Below are positions 60,476 through 64,000 of a stretch of DNA of 64,000 nt, piece after piece. A model generated the notes under the pieces. That model was not told the origin of the DNA, did no database searches, and was given only the letters and a program-made list of their open reading frames with translations. Location: assembly GCA_902494345.1 (NCBI GenBank), contig CABUSV010000013.1, positions 5,482 through 69,481 on the forward strand, in the 5' to 3' direction. Both the position numbers and the translations under genes were made by a program. Each line of letters opens with the position of its first letter. The first letter of the stretch is position 1. This stretch comes from an uncultured Collinsella sp. GTDB lineage: Bacteria; Actinomycetota; Coriobacteriia; Coriobacteriales; Coriobacteriaceae.

Positions 60476-61792
60476 ATGGGGGAATTCGTGCCGCGGCCCA
60501 AAACGCTCGGAAGGAACATTCCATGCTTAGACAGTCCTGAGCTCGCACGAAAGCGCCAGAAGGCACTTTCGGCTCGTGCGGAACTGCGCGCGGAACGCCT
60601 CCTCCGAGCGGAGTCGAACCTCGAAACCCCGGTCGAAACGCAGGCTGACGGAGCGCCGCTTTTCCGCATAAGCGACCTGTCGGCGGGCTACGACAAGAAG
60701 GTCGTAGTCGAAGGTGTCGATCTGGAGGTTCGCGCGGGCGACGTCGTGGCGCTCATCGGGCCGAACGGCTCGGGCAAGTCGACCATCTTGAAAACCATCA
60801 CACGCCATCTGGCACCGCTTGCCGGCGCGGTCGAGCTCGACGGACGGGAGATTTCCCGATGGAAGACGGCGGAGTTCGCAAGGAACCTTGCCGTTATGCT
60901 GACAGATCGCCCCCGGACCGAGCTCCTCACCTGCCGCGATATCGTAGAGGCGGGAAGACATCCCTACACCGGGCGAATGGGCACACTCTCGCCCGACGAC
61001 CATAGTCGGGTCGACGAGGCCATGAAAACCGCACATGTGGAAGAGCTGGCCGAGCGCGACTTCATGCAGATAAGCGATGGGCAACGCCAGCGCGTCATGC
61101 TCGCACGCGCCATCGCGCAGGATCCGCGTGTGCTCGTGCTCGACGAGCCCACGTCGTATCTCGATATCCGCTACCAGATCGACCTGCTGCGAATACTTCG
61201 CCACCTTGCGAAATCGCGGAATGTGGCTGTCATCATGTCCATCCACGAACTCGAGCTCGCGCAGAAAAGCGCCGACAAGGTGATTTGCGTGAAGGACGGC
61301 CGGGTCTTCCGCGCCGGCGCACCCGAGGACATATTCACGCGCGAGACAATTGGCGAGCTCTACGGCCTTCAGCATGGCACCTTCAACGAGCGCTTCGGCA
61401 GCGTGGAAATTGGGCGCCCACACGGTGATGCGCACACGTTCGTCATCGCCGGCGCAGGTACGGGGTCGGCTGTGTTTCGCCAGCTCATCCGGCAGGGCAA
61501 GGCGTTCTACGCGGGCGTTCTGCACGAAGGGGACATCGACTGCGAGCTCGCGCGCGACCTGGCGACGGAATGCGTGGCCGAGCGCGCCTTCGAGCCGATC
61601 GGGGATAAAACCATAGCCCGCGCCAAAGAGCTCCTCGTCCACTGTGCGCGCCTTATTGTGTGCCCCGCCGCCTTCGGCACCATAAACGCCCGCAACGCAG
61701 AGCTCGTCGAGTTCGCACGCTCGCATTGTATCGAGGTCGTGCGAGCGTGCGAAGGCGCATCGGAGGATTCCCAATTTGAGTGGGAAGGATAA
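60476..61792 (+). CDS. ABC ATP-binding protein (FecE/BtuD-like) with C-terminal extension
   Basis: GPNGSGKST, ISDGQRQRV, LDEPTSYLD. Confidence 0.9.
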   Translation: MGEFVPRPKTLGRNIPCLDSPELARKRQKALSARAELRAERLLRAESNLETPVETQADGAPLFRISDLSAGYDKKVVVEGVDLEVRAGDVVALIGPNGSGKSTILKTITRHLAPLAGAVELDGREISRWKTAEFARNLAVMLTDRPRTELLTCRDIVEAGRHPYTGRMGTLSPDDHSRVDEAMKTAHVEELAERDFMQISDGQRQRVMLARAIAQDPRVLVLDEPTSYLDIRYQIDLLRILRHLAKSRNVAVIMSIHELELAQKSADKVICVKDGRVFRAGAPEDIFTRETIGELYGLQHGTFNERFGSVEIGRPHGDAHTFVIAGAGTGSAVFRQLIRQGKAFYAGVLHEGDIDCELARDLATECVAERAFEPIGDKTIARAKELLVHCARLIVCPAAFGTINARNAELVEFARSHCIEVVRACEGASEDSQFEWEG

Positions 61793-61818
61793 ACTGGACT
61801 TTATTTTAAGGATCCTCA

Positions 61819-61902
61819 GGCTACAACTCCTACGCCGGCGACGTCTCCAAGGCGCCGGAGAACCTCGTGAACAGGAATTTCCACGCCGACGAGCCCAACT
61901 AG
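61819..61902 (+). pseudogene. IS3-family transposase (OrfB) fragment
   Basis: Reads GYNSYAGDVSKAPENLVNRNFHADEPN*, resembling the segment just before the rve core of IS3/IS150 OrfB; no start codon and no DDE domain. Confidence 0.72.
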
Positions 61903-61904
61903 GC

Positions 61905-62516
61905 CTAGTCCAAGCGAGATTCCAGACTCGACAGGCCGTTGAGAGTCAGGTCGTTGGCGACCTCAGAGACGCGCTCAATAGGAACCGAGCCGTCAGACAG
62001 CGCCCACGTGCGATAGATACCGATAATACCCGACAGCAAAAACGCCAGATAGTAGTCGAACATCTCGTCCTTGAGACCTTGGGGCAGCAGATCGCGCTCG
62101 GCAATCTCGTGCTCGAGCGGTGCACGAAGACGAGCCATAAAATCATCGAGCGGAATGTTCTCGATCAGCTGACGATTGAGCACGAGGTTGTTGCACAGCG
62201 CCTCGTTAACGGTTTTAAAGAAGGTCGCCGCCGCGCCAAGGGCGCGCTCGTTGGTGTCGCCGTCCATGGAAGCAAGCGTTTTCTCGACCGAGTCGACAAT
62301 CATCTCCACAACATCGACGGCAATGGCATCGAGCAGGCCGTCAACCGTACCAAAGTGAACGTAAAAGGTCTTGCGGTCGACATTGGCCTCGCGCGCGATG
62401 GCACTCACCGTAATGTCTGCCAACGGCTTTTCCATGAGCAGGCGCTCGAAAGCCGAAAGGATGGCATTGCGGCTGCGAACGATGCGGCGGTCAAGACGCG
62501 GTTTGCTGGTTGCCAT
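61905..62516 (-). CDS. TetR/AcrR-family transcriptional regulator
   Basis: DRRIVRSRNAI...ITVSAIAREANVDRKTFYVHF helix-turn-helix. Confidence 0.92.
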   Translation of the reverse strand: MATSKPRLDRRIVRSRNAILSAFERLLMEKPLADITVSAIAREANVDRKTFYVHFGTVDGLLDAIAVDVVEMIVDSVEKTLASMDGDTNERALGAAATFFKTVNEALCNNLVLNRQLIENIPLDDFMARLRAPLEHEIAERDLLPQGLKDEMFDYYLAFLLSGIIGIYRTWALSDGSVPIERVSEVANDLTLNGLSSLESRLD

Positions 62517-62632
62517 GGGCGTGTCCCTTCGATATGCGAGCATTCATCAACAGATGAGAGATAATCTACGTAAGAGGATTATCCCCCATACGGCACAAAT
62601 ATGCCCCGCGTCATGAAGAACGCACGACTGCC

Positions 62633-63940
62633 CTACTGCGACTTGGGATGCTTCTTCTTATTGAGTGCCGACGGAGATACGCGAATACCATCGCCTGTCT
62701 GGCGCACATAGGCTTTATGAGCCGGCTTAGCGGTCCCAGAGGCCTTCTGAGCGCGCTTCTTGGGATCAACGGTAACAGCATTCGTGGGGTGAGGCTTAGT
62801 GGGCGCAGAGGGCGTCTGAGACGTGCGGCCGAGTTTGCGCATCACGCGATCCCAGCGCGCATGGATGCTCTCGTTGTGGGCGCTTTTAAGGCCCAGCAGG
62901 GGCGCAGCCAAAATGGTCGGCGCAATAAACGTAATGAGGCGCCACAGCAGATAGCCGGCAGTCGAAGCCGACCCAAAGAAATGACCCAAGAACAATGCAA
63001 AGCCGCCCTCAGCGCCACCAGTTCCACCGGGCAAGGGGACCGCAGAGCTCAGAAGCTGGACAAAGGCGCTCGCGGCCATGACCGAGAAAAAGTCGACCTC
63101 GTGGTGGCCAAAGGCAAGCATCAGGAAATACGGCACCAGATAGAAAAACGCGAGCTGCAGCATGGTGATAAACACGGTGAGCAGCATGGAAGAAAAATGT
63201 CCGGCCGAAAGCTTGAACTTCTCGGAGAAGGAGTAGATCTCGCCATCGACAAACGTGCGCCATCCCTCGATCTTAGTAGCCGAGACACCAATGCGCTCAA
63301 GCCAATTGATGATGCAATGGGCAACGCGCGTGACGGTCTTAGGCATGAGCGCGACGGCGAAGATGCCCAGCAAGATGCAGCAGTGCCCACCAAAGCTAAA
63401 GACGCACAGCAGCGTCATGTCGCCATAGCGCTCGGCAAAAAACGGCATGCGAGCAAGCAGTAGGATAGCGCCCCAGGCAACGAGGCCAAACTGGTACACG
63501 ATAAAGCGCGTGAACTGCGTGGCGCCAGCCTCGCCGACATTTTGGCCCGCCTTGGTCAGGCGGTAGATCTGTGCGGGAGTCGAGCCCATCATCATAGGCG
63601 TAAGGTTGCCAAAGAAGATGCCACTCGCCTCGACCGAGATCAGGTCGCGAATGCCGACGGGTGAATTGGGGTCGAGCCAGACAGCGATCGCATAGGCCAC
63701 AATGCCAAAGAACAGGTACAGGAACATGCAAAAGCATGCAGCAGCGAGCCAAGGCGCCTGGACGCTCGACATTGCGGCCCAGAACTGCCCCATCTGCCCG
63801 GTTACCACCAGATAGACGATATAACCCACCAGCACGACGCCGATAAAGATGGCGCCGCGGCGTGCGCTCTTATTGTCATCGCCGCCCGAGGCCTCAACCT
63901 CGACCTGGGGCTTAGACGTATGCTGAGAGGACTCCGTCAT
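62633..63940 (-). CDS. Lysylphosphatidylglycerol-synthase TM-domain (flippase-like) membrane protein
   Basis: Multiple TM helices, GNLTP, VPLPGGTGGAEGGF, LLWRLITF. Confidence 0.85.
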   Translation of the reverse strand: MTESSQHTSKPQVEVEASGGDDNKSARRGAIFIGVVLVGYIVYLVVTGQMGQFWAAMSSVQAPWLAAACFCMFLYLFFGIVAYAIAVWLDPNSPVGIRDLISVEASGIFFGNLTPMMMGSTPAQIYRLTKAGQNVGEAGATQFTRFIVYQFGLVAWGAILLLARMPFFAERYGDMTLLCVFSFGGHCCILLGIFAVALMPKTVTRVAHCIINWLERIGVSATKIEGWRTFVDGEIYSFSEKFKLSAGHFSSMLLTVFITMLQLAFFYLVPYFLMLAFGHHEVDFFSVMAASAFVQLLSSAVPLPGGTGGAEGGFALFLGHFFGSASTAGYLLWRLITFIAPTILAAPLLGLKSAHNESIHARWDRVMRKLGRTSQTPSAPTKPHPTNAVTVDPKKRAQKASGTAKPAHKAYVRQTGDGIRVSPSALNKKKHPKSQ

Positions 63941-64000
63941 GAGACTCCTTCTAACAGTCAAAATATCTTGGATATTGTACCCGTAAGGGCCATAGGCAGA

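Overview
High-GC, Coriobacteriia-like chromosomal segment; Collinsella-like is my inference from gene content and codon style, not a database result. Left to right: (1) the 5' end of a surface-polysaccharide locus on the minus strand (NusG/LoaP-type antiterminator behind a long structured leader, priming sugar transferase, TagA/WecG, WecB, GT4, LicD, partial acyltransferase); (2) an AT-richer RhuM-Fic/Doc gene preceded by a LexA-like box and a compact multi-stem RNA, next to tRNA-Ala(GGC); (3) thiN and a HAD phosphatase; (4) a Firmicutes-style glycogen cluster glgB-glgP-glgC-glgD-glgA, in which GlgA and GlgB carry histone-H1-like basic tails, plus a GH13-GH77 fusion; (5) housekeeping genes rsmB, fmt, def, priA, gltX, metK, a fused serine dehydratase, an L,D-transpeptidase and a MacAB-like exporter, interspersed with long palindromic elements; (6) a roughly 22 kb, very GC-rich anaerobic cobalamin island with a divergent B12-riboswitch operon whose only chelatase (CbiK) is a Tat lipoprotein, ending in an IS3 fragment; (7) a TetR regulator and an LPG-synthase-TM protein. 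No CRISPR array, rRNA or intact transposase was seen. The most notable leads are the SOS-box/structured-RNA/RhuM-Fic module, the exported CbiK plus lipoprotein uptake unit, the basic tails on the glycogen enzymes, and a strand-specific C-to-T codon skew beside palindromic elements.
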